64,000 nt of DNA from the human T2T-CHM13v2.0 reference genome, Homo sapiens. Of the stretch, positions 24,670 through 37,830 are shown piece by piece. The stretch is taken from NCBI RefSeq assembly GCF_009914755.1, contig NC_060930.1, one strand, 5' to 3'. How positions within the stretch are numbered: the first letter of the stretch is position 1; the number at the start of each line of letters is the position of its first letter. The translations under genes and the position numbers were made by a program. The notes beneath the pieces were generated by a model that made no database searches, was not told where the DNA came from, and worked only from the letters and a program-made list of their open reading frames with translations.

Positions 24670-25335
24670 GGACTAGCTATGTGACTAGTTTGGGCATGTT
24701 ACTTAACTTTTCTGGGCATCAGTTTTCTCATCTATGACATAGGGTCATCAATTGCGTCTATAACATAGGGTTGTTATTAAATGAGTTGATGTATATATGT
24801 ACTTTTTTATTTTTTATTTTACTTTAAGTTCTGGGATACATGTGCAGAACGTACAGGTTTGTTACATAGGTATACATGTGCCATGGTGGTTTGCTGCACT
24901 TATCAACCCATCATCTAGGTTTTAAGCCCCATATGCATTAGGTATTTGTCCTAATGCTCTCCCTCCCCTTGACCTCCACCCCCCGACAGGCCCTGGTGTG
25001 TGATATTCCCCTCCCTGTGTCCATGTGTCCTCATTGTTCAACTCTGACTTATGAGTGAGAACATGAGGTATTTGGTTTTCTGTTCCTGTGTTAGTTTGCT
25101 GAGAATGATGGCTTCCAGCTTCATCCATGTCCCTGCAAAGAACATGAACGCATTCTTTTTTATGGCTGCATAGTATTCCATGGTGTATATGTGCCACATT
25201 TTATTTATCCAGTCTATGTTTATTGCAGCACTATTTACAATAGCAAAGACTTGGAATCAAGCCAAATGCCCATCGATGTATATATGTACTTTAAAAAGAC
25301 TATCCCATATTAAGCTTCTGCAAATGTTAACTGCA
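24670..25335 (+). mobile_element. MIR split by L1PA8 (24670-24805 and 25293-25335)
   Basis: ACTAGCTATGTGAC...TTGGGCATGTTACTTAAC...CAGTTTTCTCATCTATGA...CATAGGGTTGTT; the tail CAAATGTTAACTG follows the L1. Confidence 0.75.
24806..25274 (-). mobile_element. L1PA8 3' end with short 5' inversion (minus 24806-25217, plus 25215-25274)
   Basis: ATCTAGGTTTTAAGCCCC...GCATTAGGTATTTGTCCTAATGCTCTCCC is diagnostic. Perfect 18-bp TSD GATGTATATATGTACTTT at 24788-24805 and 25275-25292. Confidence 0.93.
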
Positions 25336-26079
25336 TTCATTTCTTTGACTTAAGGTTTTGCATAAGCCTAACAACTTACAGATATATCAAGGTAAATCAA
25401 CACATTACCCATTCATGCTGTACTGGCAAACTGAGTCTCTGAGAGTGAGGAGAAGGTCACTTGAAAGAGAAAAGGGTGAGGGAAAGGATAACTGGGGTAT
25501 GCAGGGAAAGGGTAAAATTGGGGGTGCTTTAAAGACAGGTGGTGTTTGTTTTAGTGTTAAAAACAAAAATGGCCTTCTTTGTAATGCTGATAGCACACCT
25601 AGTTTTCGGTTTTATAAGACACTCTATTCAGTGGCAACATCAGTGATGAACAGGAGACACAGTTCCTGGTTGTTAGATTATTGCTCAGATAATTGGAATA
25701 AAGAAGACCTCATTCTGTATTACTCATCAGTGGGTCTTACTTTTTTTTGTGTTTCAAAATTACTCCGTTGTGTGCCTCTCCTTTTCTGAGAAAAAGATCA
25801 AGTCACCTTTAATGCTGCATTTCCTATTTAATTTGTTGCTTGCTCTCCTCTTCCCTTATTCGCTTCCTAGAGTATAACCAAATGCAAGATTTCATTCTTT
25901 GATGTTTTCATGTTGAACAATTGGAATCATGGAATTTCTTCAAGAAAGGACTGCTGAAGCACGATAGGTATCGTTGATCTTAACGATGATCTTAATGAAG
26001 AGCTTTGATAGTTCTGAATAAGACGTTATTGAACAGAAATGAGAGCTTATAGATGGAGGGGGCAGGAAACCATGTCAGC

Positions 26080-26540
26080 TTCAATAAGAACAGATGGCAT
26101 ATTATTTAGATAAGCACAATCTGTCCTATCTACAGTCCCTGATGGCTTGCCATCAAGGAACTCTAAGGATTGTTGGATATCATCACAAGACTAATAGCTG
26201 CCATTTTTAAGAATTCTTTGTTTGATGCCGTATGCCAAGGAGATATGATAATGCTTCTTTCTTTTTTCTTAAAGCAAGGGAAAGAGAACCCAAATAATTA
26301 CTGGCTAATAATTTCTAGACTGAAAAGACACTGTAATAAATCATTCAGAAATCAGTTTGAAGACATCTACAGAACAGGTCACTGGCATTGTTACAAACAG
26401 ATCTAGACTGATTTAACAGAATCCTTCTATCATAGAATGGCAGGGTGCTGGATTAAGGAGAAAAATGGATATAATGTATCTTGAGTTCAGCAAGGTATAG
26501 TTCCTGGCTCATATGACATACTCGTTAATAATCTTGGCAT
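26080..26540 (+). mobile_element. CR1/L3 LINE relic, RT region
   Basis: ORF 26170 DIITRLIAAIFKNS...FFLKQGKENPNNY resembles CR1 DVIAEPLAIIFENS...IFKKGKKEDPGNY. ATGGATATAATGTATCTTGAGTTCAGCAAG encodes MDIMYLEFSK, compared with CR1 VDVIYLDFSKAFD. Confidence 0.75.
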
Positions 26541-27054
26541 GATATTCTCCATCAATGTTCTCCTTGCTGTGCTCCGACACTGGTTTCTCTTGGTCCCTGT
26601 AGCTCTTCTGGGTGTTTCATTTCTGTATTCATGAAGCTAGACGTTGGGGTCTAAGAATGTCTTACACTTGATCAAGCTGTGTCCTCGTTGGGAGAGTTTT
26701 GTTTTAATTCCTCAGACAATGACATTTTATCCTACTTCCACACTCTCACACAAAAGTCACTAAATTTGCTCTTTCTGAATGCTTCACTGTTTCCTGTGCG
26801 GTCCTGCAGCTTTGTTTAGACTTATCTACTCAATTAGAGACCCATACACTGTTCACTATATCAACTGTTTAAAAATCGTACCATCTGTAAGAAAATAATT
26901 AATGTGTCAGTTTTAGTTAGTGGCTCTGTACTAGTGGATGGATTATGTGGATTTGGTTTAACAAGAAGACTAAAATGTTTTAGGTGGTGTGGAAGCAAAT
27001 TAAAAGAGATACAAATATATAATGGTGCACAGAGTTATATCAAGTCGAAGTGCG

Positions 27055-27187
27055 TAGATTCATAATGATTAAGAAAAGGAACTCTGGAATCTATTTGTTT
27101 GGGTTGGAATCCTTATACCATACTACCTCACTAGCTGTGTGTCGTTGGGTAATTTACTTAACTTCTCTGTGCCAGTTTCCTTATTCA
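27055..27187 (+). mobile_element. MIR 5' half
   Basis: ACTCTGGAATC...GGGTTGGAATCC...CACTAGCTGTGTGTCGTTGGGTAATTTACTTAACTTCTCTGTGCCAGTTTCC. Confidence 0.8.
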
Positions 27188-27429
27188 CATCCTATTTTCA
27201 ATGGCATGCCTTTTCTCTTGGTTTATTCCACACACCTCTTTAATAGGAACTGTGTCAGTTTCATCTAATAAATATTGAATGTATGAAGGGATGAATGGAT
27301 AAAAGAACAAAAGAAAACTATAAACTTTTGTCTCAGCTGGGCCACTCCATTACAAAATGTTTAAACTGGTTGAGTTTGACAGTCCTTCTACTACATTACG
27401 AAATAATAAAATTTATGCATTAATGTCGG

Positions 27430-27522
27430 AAGTTAGCATCAATTATAACATTACTCTAATAAAATTTTATTAACGAAATATTTAGGACTCAATTTGTTCG
27501 TAAGTTTAAGACTGCCACTGTA
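27430..27522. mobile_element. Possible old Tigger (TcMar) terminus
   Basis: The reverse complement TACAGTGGCAGTCTTAAACTTACGAACAAATTG resembles Tigger TIRs (TA-CAGGCAGTCCCCAACTTACGAAC). No clear partner TIR. Confidence 0.35.
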
Positions 27523-27695
27523 ATAGCCAATTCTCAGTAAGGTTATAGGTGCCACAAAGAGCAGAGACAGACACATCCCTGAGGGAAATTTTGCTTAGGC
27601 TTTTTTTTTTTTTTTTAAATTTAAAAGCAGTTTTCACTGAGTAACTTGTCCTAGTTATGCCTATTTTTAAGCCTCTTTTTTTTTCTTTCTTGTAG

Positions 27696-27876
27696 ACAAG
27701 AAGTACTGCTTTAATAAACGTGAACCGATGTGCACTCCTGTATGTTTGAAACTAAGAAGCCTAAGGTGAATTAAAGAATCTGTGGTTCTTGTGGGTCCTG
27801 CAGGTTACAAACTTGTGAAAAATCTTTGACTTTATACATCCCACTGCCCTACCCTGTTGGAAAAGACCAATCCTGG
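27696..27876 (+). other. Candidate non-coding internal exon
   Basis: Strong acceptor CCTCTTTTTTTTTCTTTCTTGTAG ending at 27695 and donor TGG/GTAAGT at 27877. Stops occur in all three frames over the 181 nt. Confidence 0.4.
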
Positions 27877-28036
27877 GTAAGTAGAACGTCCTCTTAGCAT
27901 AGTAGAATATGGGTCAATTTAGTTAGCACTAAGGCCTTTACTCCCAGGGATGGGAATATCCTGATGTTAGGAAGTTCCAAAGAGTAAGATCAAAGGTTCT
28001 TTGCTCTGGTTTGGTTTCCTCCTTCCCCTTGCTCTC

Positions 28037-28707
<671 letters not shown>

Positions 28708-28878
28708 CTCACCCACATTTTATCGAGGCACACTTCTTTTCCATGGATTTGTTTGGGGCTGGAAACATAAATCAGCAAATACATTTTCAGGAAGACTATC
28801 TCAAGTACTGCTGGAGTAATAACTGCAGAAAGTGTTAGAAATATCATAGAAAAGTGAATTCTCAGCATTGCTCAAGAA

Positions 28879-29047
28879 TTTTTTTTCTTTTTTTGAGATG
28901 GAGTCTCATTCTGTTGCCCAGGCTGGGGTGCAGTGGCATGATCTCTGCTCACTGAAACCTCTGCCTCCCTGATTCAAGCGATTCTACCGCCTCAGCCTCA
29001 CGAATAGCTGGGATTACAGGTGTGCACCACCGTGCCTGGCTAATTTT
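28879..29047 (-). mobile_element. Alu right arm only (truncated AluS-like)
   Basis: T-tail, GAGATGGAGTCTC...GCCTGGCTAATTTT, then unrelated sequence. Confidence 0.9.
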
Positions 29048-30409
29048 GGGAGATGTTAGCTGAATTCTACACTGGCTGATAAAAGCATACCACCGGGTGC
29101 GTTGGTACACTTGCTATTCTCGTTACCCTATTAAGTTGTAGTGGAAAGACCAGGTTCATCAGAATTTTAATACATAACACTTCCCACTAAACATATTTGG
29201 AAAAAATATTAATTTTATTGAGATAAATGTAGTCAAATTTTGTTTGTATTAATTATTAATGTTGCTCAATCTTTATGTGTGTTGTTCTCAAAGTTAAAAG
29301 CTAATGTGCTATGTAATGTGAGAAGGCCCTGTGGTCAGAACAGAGAGGGGCAGGCTGGGCACACAGTTAAATATTCAAGATCTTTGAGCACAGCCCCCTC
29401 CTGCTGCTTCTTGTCTCCTCCAGTCTTTGAAGTGGATTCTTGAATCCTTTCACTTCTTCTGTCTCTGCCCTTCTTGCCCCTGGTTTAGTGATTCAACCCA
29501 CATTCACTGCCTCTCAACCTCGCTTCCTGTTGCTGCCACTGCTTCCGGCCAGGCCCTCACTGCTGACCTTCTGATCAGTCCAGGTAACCCACAAGCTCCC
29601 TAGTGCGGCCTCCATTAACTTTTGGTCTTCATGACCCTCAACTGCCCGCGGGGTTCATCCTCACCGAGTGACTTTCCAAGAGAAGCTGGACTCCCTTCCT
29701 CATATCTGAGACGTGCTGAATTAGAGAGGCAAAGAAATCAATGTATCCCATGAGAACTTCTAATTCCTGTGCCTTCAAAAAGAAAGTTGAGAACGGTGAC
29801 TTTTAGTCCTAATGAGAAATTAAAAATCCTGAGGCCTACGGAAATTTTAAAAAATACATACATTTTGAAATAAACTAGCACTTTCTTAACTTTTAAGAGA
29901 TTTTTTGAGACATGTTGAAGTGCAGAGACAAAGAAAATATTTTCTAAGTAATTTTTTACTTAGAATTTTCTAGCTAGTGCAGGCTGTATTAAGTTCTTCA
30001 AATTATGAAAAAGAAAAAAATGGTGTATCATTAAGAACTTTCCATGTAAATCAAGGACTTTTTTCTTTCTTAGAAAAAAAAGAATGGGCACATCATTTTT
30101 ACATTAGAGGTAGTATTTGTTTTCAGGTTTTATAGTTAATTAATTAAAAATGATAATAATAGTTGAAATATCTGACCCTTCCCTCGAAGCATTTTATTTT
30201 TTTAGCATAGAATTAGAATATGGGAATGCATTTTCTCTGCCTGTATTAGGAGGATCTTATTGTAGTAGGTCATTGCAAACTGGTTTTCTTCTGTTGAGAG
30301 AACATACTTTTGTTCCATTCATATAGGTTTCTTATTTGGTCATGCATAAAATAAATGATTTAAATGAATGAAAGAGGTTTGAATGTGAGCACATTTTAAA
30401 AGTACTTAT

Positions 30410-30545
30410 TTATTTATTAATTAACTTTTATTTAGAAATAATTATAGATTCACATGAAGTTGCAAAGCCAGCGCAAGGAGGTTCCATTTTTTTTTTCTCA
30501 TGATAGTTACATCTGATGTAACTATAGTACAATAGCAAAACAAGT
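30410..30545 (-). mobile_element. L1MC/L1MB extreme 3' fragment
   Basis: ACTTTTATTTAGAAATAATTATAGATTCACATGAAGTTGCAAA...AACTATAGTACAATAGCAAAAC. Confidence 0.6.
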
Positions 30546-31949
30546 TTTATTTTCTATGAAAATTCCCTAGAAAAATCTCAGAACCCCTCTTTCCTACACA
30601 TTTGCATGCACACACATGCTCATGCACTTACTTCTGTGTGTGCACAGAAGAGCCATTTTATCTAAGACTTTCAGCCTGGAGGCACCCTCAATCAATAGCA
30701 GCCTGCTACCCGGAAGGAGGCTGGAAAGCCTCTAATAGTGACACCATTCCTTTTGGAATCAGGTCAAGCCCAGGAGGCTGGAGACAAATGAAAGAATAAT
30801 CTGGGGTCATGCCCAGGACTCCTGTATCAAAGCCTTTACTATCAACTACCAAACACAACAACCTGACAGATTGAAAGAACAGTTTTATGATGTATAGATT
30901 TTTAGCCATTATCCCTTTTTATTCTCACAGAGGAAAAGGCAAAATACTAGGCACAATAGATTTTAAGAGGTTTTGGTTCTTAAATTCATCAGAAAATAAA
31001 GTACAAATGAAGTACTACTCAGTCAGCTTGTATTATGTCTTTATTACTGTTAATATGGGTACTCTGTGAGTAGGAAATATAATATTTTTAGGTCACGCTT
31101 TAAAAGTGTAATGCATTAGTAAAAGCAGTCTGGAGCTATATGGTTGGCTGAAGACAATGAGACGACATGCACCATAGCTAGTATATTTCCTGACACTTCT
31201 CTCTCCAGAGCCTTGCCGGGCATCAGTAATCACATATAGCATCATTTCTCAATGAGCCCGATACCATCATCGCACAGTTTCAGGCAGCAGCTACCAATTG
31301 ATTATAATTAACTGGCATCAGAAATGGAATCTAATGTGGGTTTTTTGGTGATGATTGATAGGGAAAGGCTCCCCTAAGAAGCTGGTTTTGAAAGTACTTT
31401 GAAGAAACTGAAAGAAGGAGATTGGAAATAGAAGAGTCAAACATCTTGTGGACAGATGATCATTTTATTAGTAATCCTAGAATGTTTGTTCCTAGCTATA
31501 ATTCCTAGAATCTCAAATAGTGTGTATCACATTGTTGTTACTTAATACACTTTTGCTGAATTAACGAACAAATGGTTTGATGTTCCTTTTTAACCACCAA
31601 TGGGTGGTATCAGAAAGGAAGCAGATTTTCATAGGAGGGCAGCCCCTTAAGGGGTAAGGTATCCTCTGGGTCTGGTTCTTAGTTTTATATGTCCAGAAAT
31701 AACAATTCCATAGTTCTCAGTTTCTAGTATCACTGTTCTCTCAGTCACAAAACTTTGGAATCTCTTGGTTTGTCCTTCTCCACGTACCCAGTCAGTTACT
31801 AAGTCTGCCTTACAGTAAGTCTTATTTTCATTATTTCAAATTGAGTACCTTGCTTCCACTAAAATCACCACGTAGTGTTTTAATTACTACATTAGCTTTT
31901 TAAATTTTCGATCTTTCTTTGATTTTATCTTTGTTTAAAACTTACTTTG

Positions 31950-32530
31950 TGCCTTGTCAAAAGATGAATATTATAAAAATAGATTTGTTTTTCTATAACA
32001 AAAAATCTTAGGCATTGTAGAAAAATGGAATAATTATGTAAAAAAAAGACAATATAAAAATCATTCTTAATTCCATCTAACAGAAATGAACAGAGTTAGC
32101 ATGTTGACTTGAATTATAGTGGTAGTATTTTTTTCTTTGGTAATACATTGTCTTTATTTCACACAAAAAATTTTGTTTATGTTATGCATATTTCTTAATA
32201 ACATGCTTTTTCTTATTTAAAATATATTCAATATTTCCCATATTCTTTGTAACATTATTGCCTGAATGGTATTTATCTTATGGATAATGAATAACTTATT
32301 CACCATTCCCTTACTTATAGTCATTTCCATTTTATGCAGTAAAGAACACTGAAATAAATAAATACTGCTGTTGTAATAACACATGAGTAAATTATACAAT
32401 AAGTTCTTTAGAATAATTTCTAAAAATATTATTTGTATAATTTAAAGAGTTGAAAACTGTTGAGGTTTTTCACTATATATTACAACATTGCCTGGCAGGG
32501 AAATCATATCAACTTAAACTCCCACCAGAA
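31950..32530 (-). mobile_element. Old L1 (L1ME4-like) 3' fragment
   Basis: AATAACTTATTCACCATTCCC...TATATTACAACATTGCC...CAACTTAAACTCCCACCAG. Confidence 0.5.
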
Positions 32531-32549
32531 AAATGTAAAGAATTGGCAA

Positions 32550-34075
32550 TTCAGTAGATAAATTAAACAACAGATTAGATACAGCTGAAGGAATAGTTTT
32601 AGAACTGAAAGATAAATCTGAAGTAATTACCCAGAACCCAGGACAGAAGGAAAAAATACAGAAAATATTGAAGATGGGTTAAGGGACACAAAAGATAGAT
32701 AGAATAGAATAAAAAGTCCAAAATCTGGCAAACATATGTTTATAAGGAGGCAGTAATAAAAATGTGTGAGAAGAAAATTCAAAGATATAATGCTGAAAAT
32801 TTTCCAGAATTGATGAAAATATGAATCATCCAACTGAAAACTCATAATTCATCCTGAGCAGAATAAAAAATAAATAAATCTTGAAAGTGTAAAAGACAAA
32901 ATATTTGAAATAACCTGATATAAAATAATTTAACATCAAAGGCATAAACAATAGAGTAACAGCAAACTTGTCAACAGAAACAACATAAATTTAAAGATAA
33001 TAGGATCATATATTCAAAGCTTTGATAGAAACTAGATTTTATATTTAGTAAAACTATTATTCAAGTGTGGGGTTAAAATGTTTTTTAGGCAAACAATGGG
33101 AGATTTTACTGCCTGATGTTCTCCAGAAGTAAAGAAATGCAGAATAAAGGAGTAGTATTCCATAAAAATTGAGCTAAGAAAATTGGTATGCATGTGAATA
33201 AATATTTTTTAAACATTAAAACAATAATAATGATGATTACTTTTGAAAGTTGAAAAGAAGAATAGAACTAAAATCTCAAGTAATGACATTTTAAGATGAA
33301 GAAAAGTATATGGAATGAAAGTTTTCTGAAGTCTTTTTACTGTTCAGAAAGATGACGGAAGATACACTGATGATTAAATTTAAATTTGTTAATCCAAGCT
33401 AACCAATTAAAAATGTTAACATAATTCCTAGAGTAAATTAAATGAAAAAAACTTAAAAAATAGAGAAAGGAAACATATGAATAAAACAAGAGGAATCTTG
33501 TAAAGTTAAATATATACATATTTGGGGACCAAGGAAAAGTATCTTAGAAAACTTGGATGCGAACATTAATAAGTAATTGAATAAATAAATCCATAAAATA
33601 TACAAGATTTTCATTACAGCATTATTTGTAGCATTGAAAAACTGAAAATTAAGTGGATAAACTGGTTTATTCACGAAATGAAATACATACACAATTAAAA
33701 TAAATGAACTATATTTGCATACATCAACATGGCTAAATACTCAGAAAACTGAATGAAAAATTAAGTTGTAAAAAAGAGTATGATGCTATTTTTATAAAAT
33801 TTTCGGACAAAATAGTACAATACCCCCATATATGACATACAAAAACTAAAGTATAAAATATAAAAGAGGATATCCTTTTCAGCTTCAAAATACTAGCATC
33901 CTCTGAAAATAAAAGAATTAGATGGAGCTATAGCTACACAGAACATTTTATTTCTTTTAAAAAATACCAATTTGAAGGAAATATGCTAATATCTCTTAAA
34001 TCCTGTATGGTAAATATGTGAACGCCTGATATATTATTTTCTGTACTTTGCTATATATTCAATTGCATTTTAGAC
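32550..34075 (+). mobile_element. Old L1ME, ORF1 plus 3' fragments
   Basis: AAACAACAGATTAGATACAGCTGAAG...GAAAATTTCCAGAATTGATGAAA (ORF1); later CAGCATTATTTGTAGCATTGAAAAACTGAAA (3' region). Confidence 0.65.
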
Positions 34076-34471
34076 TTAAAAATAACATTTAAAAGAAAGC
34101 CTTTCTCATACCCAAATTACATAAGTCTGATAAATGTTTTTAAACAGGTTGTTTCAAACAGTTTGCTGCTCAAAAACTACTTTTGCCAAAACTTCTACAT
34201 CTAAAGCAAATGACATCCTTTTTAAGGTAGTTTGGCTAAAGACTAAACGTTTCTTCCAGTAATACTCCAATTTTTCAAAAACAATTTTAGAATCCCTCTT
34301 TTGTAATTTCCTAAAGCACTTTGTGATGATGAGTTACCATGAAAACGACATTGTTTCATATGTAAACCCTGTTTCTGAGATAGGAGTTGAAGTCAGGCAC
34401 CAGCACTCAATGCTGAGCAAAATCATGGTCACTGCTTTCCTGGGGCTCAGAGCCCAGGCATCTTCAAATAA

Positions 34472-34864
<393 letters not shown>

Positions 34865-34995
34865 AACATTGTTTTTATAGTACGATCTCGTCATCTTTTA
34901 TTTATCTATCCAATTGCCTTTTCATATACTTTCCCCATCTATATATCTTTGTAAGTATCTATTTTGACATGCTTTTGGTTTCTAGAATGATAGAA

Positions 34996-35296
<301 letters not shown>

Positions 35297-35412
35297 TTGT
35301 GTAATTTTATGTATGAGGATAAAACAACAAAAGGGTGTAAAACACAACAGAAACCAGAGGTCCAAAGAATAAGAAGAAAGAAATGCCAAGGTATATAAAG
35401 ATTACAAGGGTA

Positions 35413-35720
35413 GGCCGGGCGCAGTGGCTCACGCCTGTAATCCCAGCACTTTAGGAGGCCGAGGCCGGAGGATCACGAGGTCAGGAAATCGAGACCATCC
35501 CAGCTAACACAGTGAAACTCCGTGTCTGCTAAAAAAAAAAAAAAAATACAAAAAAAAAAAAAAAAATTAGCCGGGCATGGTGGCGAGCGCCTGTAGTCCC
35601 AGCTACTCGGGAGGTTGAGGCTGAGGCAGGAGAATGGCGTGAACCCAGGAGGCAGAGCTTGCAGCACTGCACTCCAGCCTGGGGAGAGTGAGATTCCGTC
35701 TCAAAAAAAAAAAAAAAAAA
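35413..35720 (+). mobile_element. AluY with expanded middle A-tract and right-arm deletion
   Basis: Y diagnostics; TSD ATTACAAGGGTA at 35401-35412 and 35721-35732. Confidence 0.95.
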
Positions 35721-36108
35721 ATTACAAGGGTAGAATGAAACAAAACACAAATAAGCAAAAACTGCAATGTGAAGGGCTTTAGTGTTCAGAAATCCAGAGA
35801 GAGAGGTAAATCGAGGGGAGGACCTACAGATTATCACAGGGAGAGGCACCATGTGGTACTTGCAACTAGGGCTCAGGGCAGAATGAAACAAAATGTACAG
35901 TGCTTTTTAAAAGACTGTCTCTAAGAAATGTAGCTGTAAGAATGAGAAAGACGGAAAAGAAAGATGATCTGCCATGATAGCTTTTGAATTCCGCCTCAAT
36001 AAAATGGCAGATATATAACCCAGCCATTGTAAATGCCATCTACTTTGTAGTCTATCCAGCTTTCTAATTCCAATTAAGTATGCTGAATTCTGTGACATAT
36101 GCAGAGCT

Positions 36109-36540
36109 CGAAAGGACAAATTTCCAACGCTCTCTTAAGAGAATTCATTAGAACTTCATCTTTCGGATCTGGCTATAGGAAACCTTGACTGCCTCGCACG
36201 TGATGGAGTGGCGTTCAGAAGGAAGACGACCGTTTTTAACTCAGAATCTGCGAGTCTGTTCCAAAACAAGATGGAAAACGCTTCCTGAGAGCTTCAGTTA
36301 AAACACTGTAACAAATGTTTCAGCAGATCTCAAATATTGTAATTTATCACGTTTATCCCCCGAAGAAATCTGCAATAAAATCCCAGCGTGTGCAAGATAA
36401 ATGCGCTGGAGCGCACAGGGCAGTGATGAAGAGCACGGGCTCCCGCGTCAGGCACACCTGGGCTTAAATCTTGCCTCAGCAGCTCACCAGCGGTGTGACT
36501 CTGAGCTCATTTTCCCCTCTGAGCCTCAGTGTCCCCGTCG
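36109..36540. promoter_or_regulatory. Orphan CpG cluster, candidate promoter/enhancer
   Basis: About 21 CpGs counted in ~430 bp within a CpG-depleted background. Includes E-box CACGTG (36197), ETS-like CGCTTCCTG, and the palindrome TGCGCTGGAGCGCA. Confidence 0.4.
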
Positions 36541-36645
36541 GTTAAGTATGGCTAACAATATCTCCTTGGACACATTTGTTTTGGGGAAATAATTAGGTTG
36601 AGTGAGTAACATGTTTGGTGCAGTGCAGAGAGGGTAAGCACTCCT
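36412..36645 (+). mobile_element. MIR
   Basis: AAGAGCACGGGCTC...CCTGGGCTTAAATC...CTCACCAGCGGTGTGAC...CTCTGAGCCTCAGT...GGTAAGCACTC. Confidence 0.75.
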
Positions 36646-37692
36646 GCAGCCTTGCAAAGGCACCACTAACAGTGGCAGCGATGGTGTCACGGTGACATGA
36701 AGATAGTGACCATCACCATCATCATTGTCCTACATCATTGTCCACATCAGCCATTGTCCTACATTGGCTCAACTTTGTTGCAACAATCCAGCTCCACGCA
36801 GACTCTTCTGTGAAGAAAGCTTCCCTGACCTGCAGAGAGCATCTGGTCCTCTGCAGAAAGCTCTCGATTTAGCTTCATTTTATATTTGAATTTGGTTCAT
36901 GTTGCCTCCTCACTATTGCTAAGTGCTGTGCTCTTAGCACCTAGAGCTGAGGCTGACAAAAGTATCAACCAGCAAGAGCAGCTTTCAGGAAAATACTGAA
37001 TCATAGTTTACAGAATGATAAATGAACAATAATTATTAACAATGATGAAACTTACAATAGACTCTAAAAACCCTTATGCATCTGTTTCTGCAATCAGGAT
37101 ATGCCGAGCAGCGGAAACAGGGCACACTTCTCCTTAGACAGTATTTGAATTAAGTTACAGCTAAGTCATTCATTCTGCTCTTTAAGGTGAATTTCACTGA
37201 TTTCATCCAGCAAATATTTTTCTCACAGAAAGCAGAACTTATTTTCTTAATAAAAACACAATTGTTGGGAAGAAAAGAACTGGAGCATGTAGTAAACACA
37301 CAGTTTGAGAAAGATGGAAACAGAAGTGGAAATTCTCCCTCGCCCAGATGCCGGTCATCTGAGCATGTTCAGCTGAACTTTATTTATTATGTCACAATCA
37401 TATTCTTGAAAATGAGGTGGCAGTGACTATGAGAAGAAACAGGACATAGGATATGCTGTGAAGGCAGAAATGTCCGATGGTGACCACAGATTATGCAGGG
37501 ACTAAATAACAGCAATGAATCATCTGAGCAGAATAAGGACACACCCTCCTAGCCACCCACCCTCCACATTCTACTTTCCTGAATTTAATAAATTGGAGTG
37601 AAAAATTGAATTCTAAATGCTACACCACAATAAAGACAAATCACTCAAGACAAAATGAAAATACAGAAAATCAGAAAACCAAACCTATTTAT

Positions 37693-37830
37693 TGAGGATC
37701 TCAACTCTGCCTGCATAACAGAACTATCTAGGTATTTCTGAAAAACAATGTCCTATGCCTGAGGTTCACCCCAAGAGTTTCTGACCCCCAGGTAATTCTA
37801 GGGTGTAGTGGCAGTTGAGGACCATGGTCT
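37693..37830. mobile_element. MER5-type hAT-Charlie MITE
   Basis: TCTCAACTCTGCCTGCATAACAGAA...CCCCAGGTAATTCTA...GTTGAGGACCATGG. Confidence 0.6.

Noticed and set aside
25358-25789. 143-aa ORF in unique sequence
   Set aside because: Non-ATG start, no recognisable homology, and no supporting splice structure.
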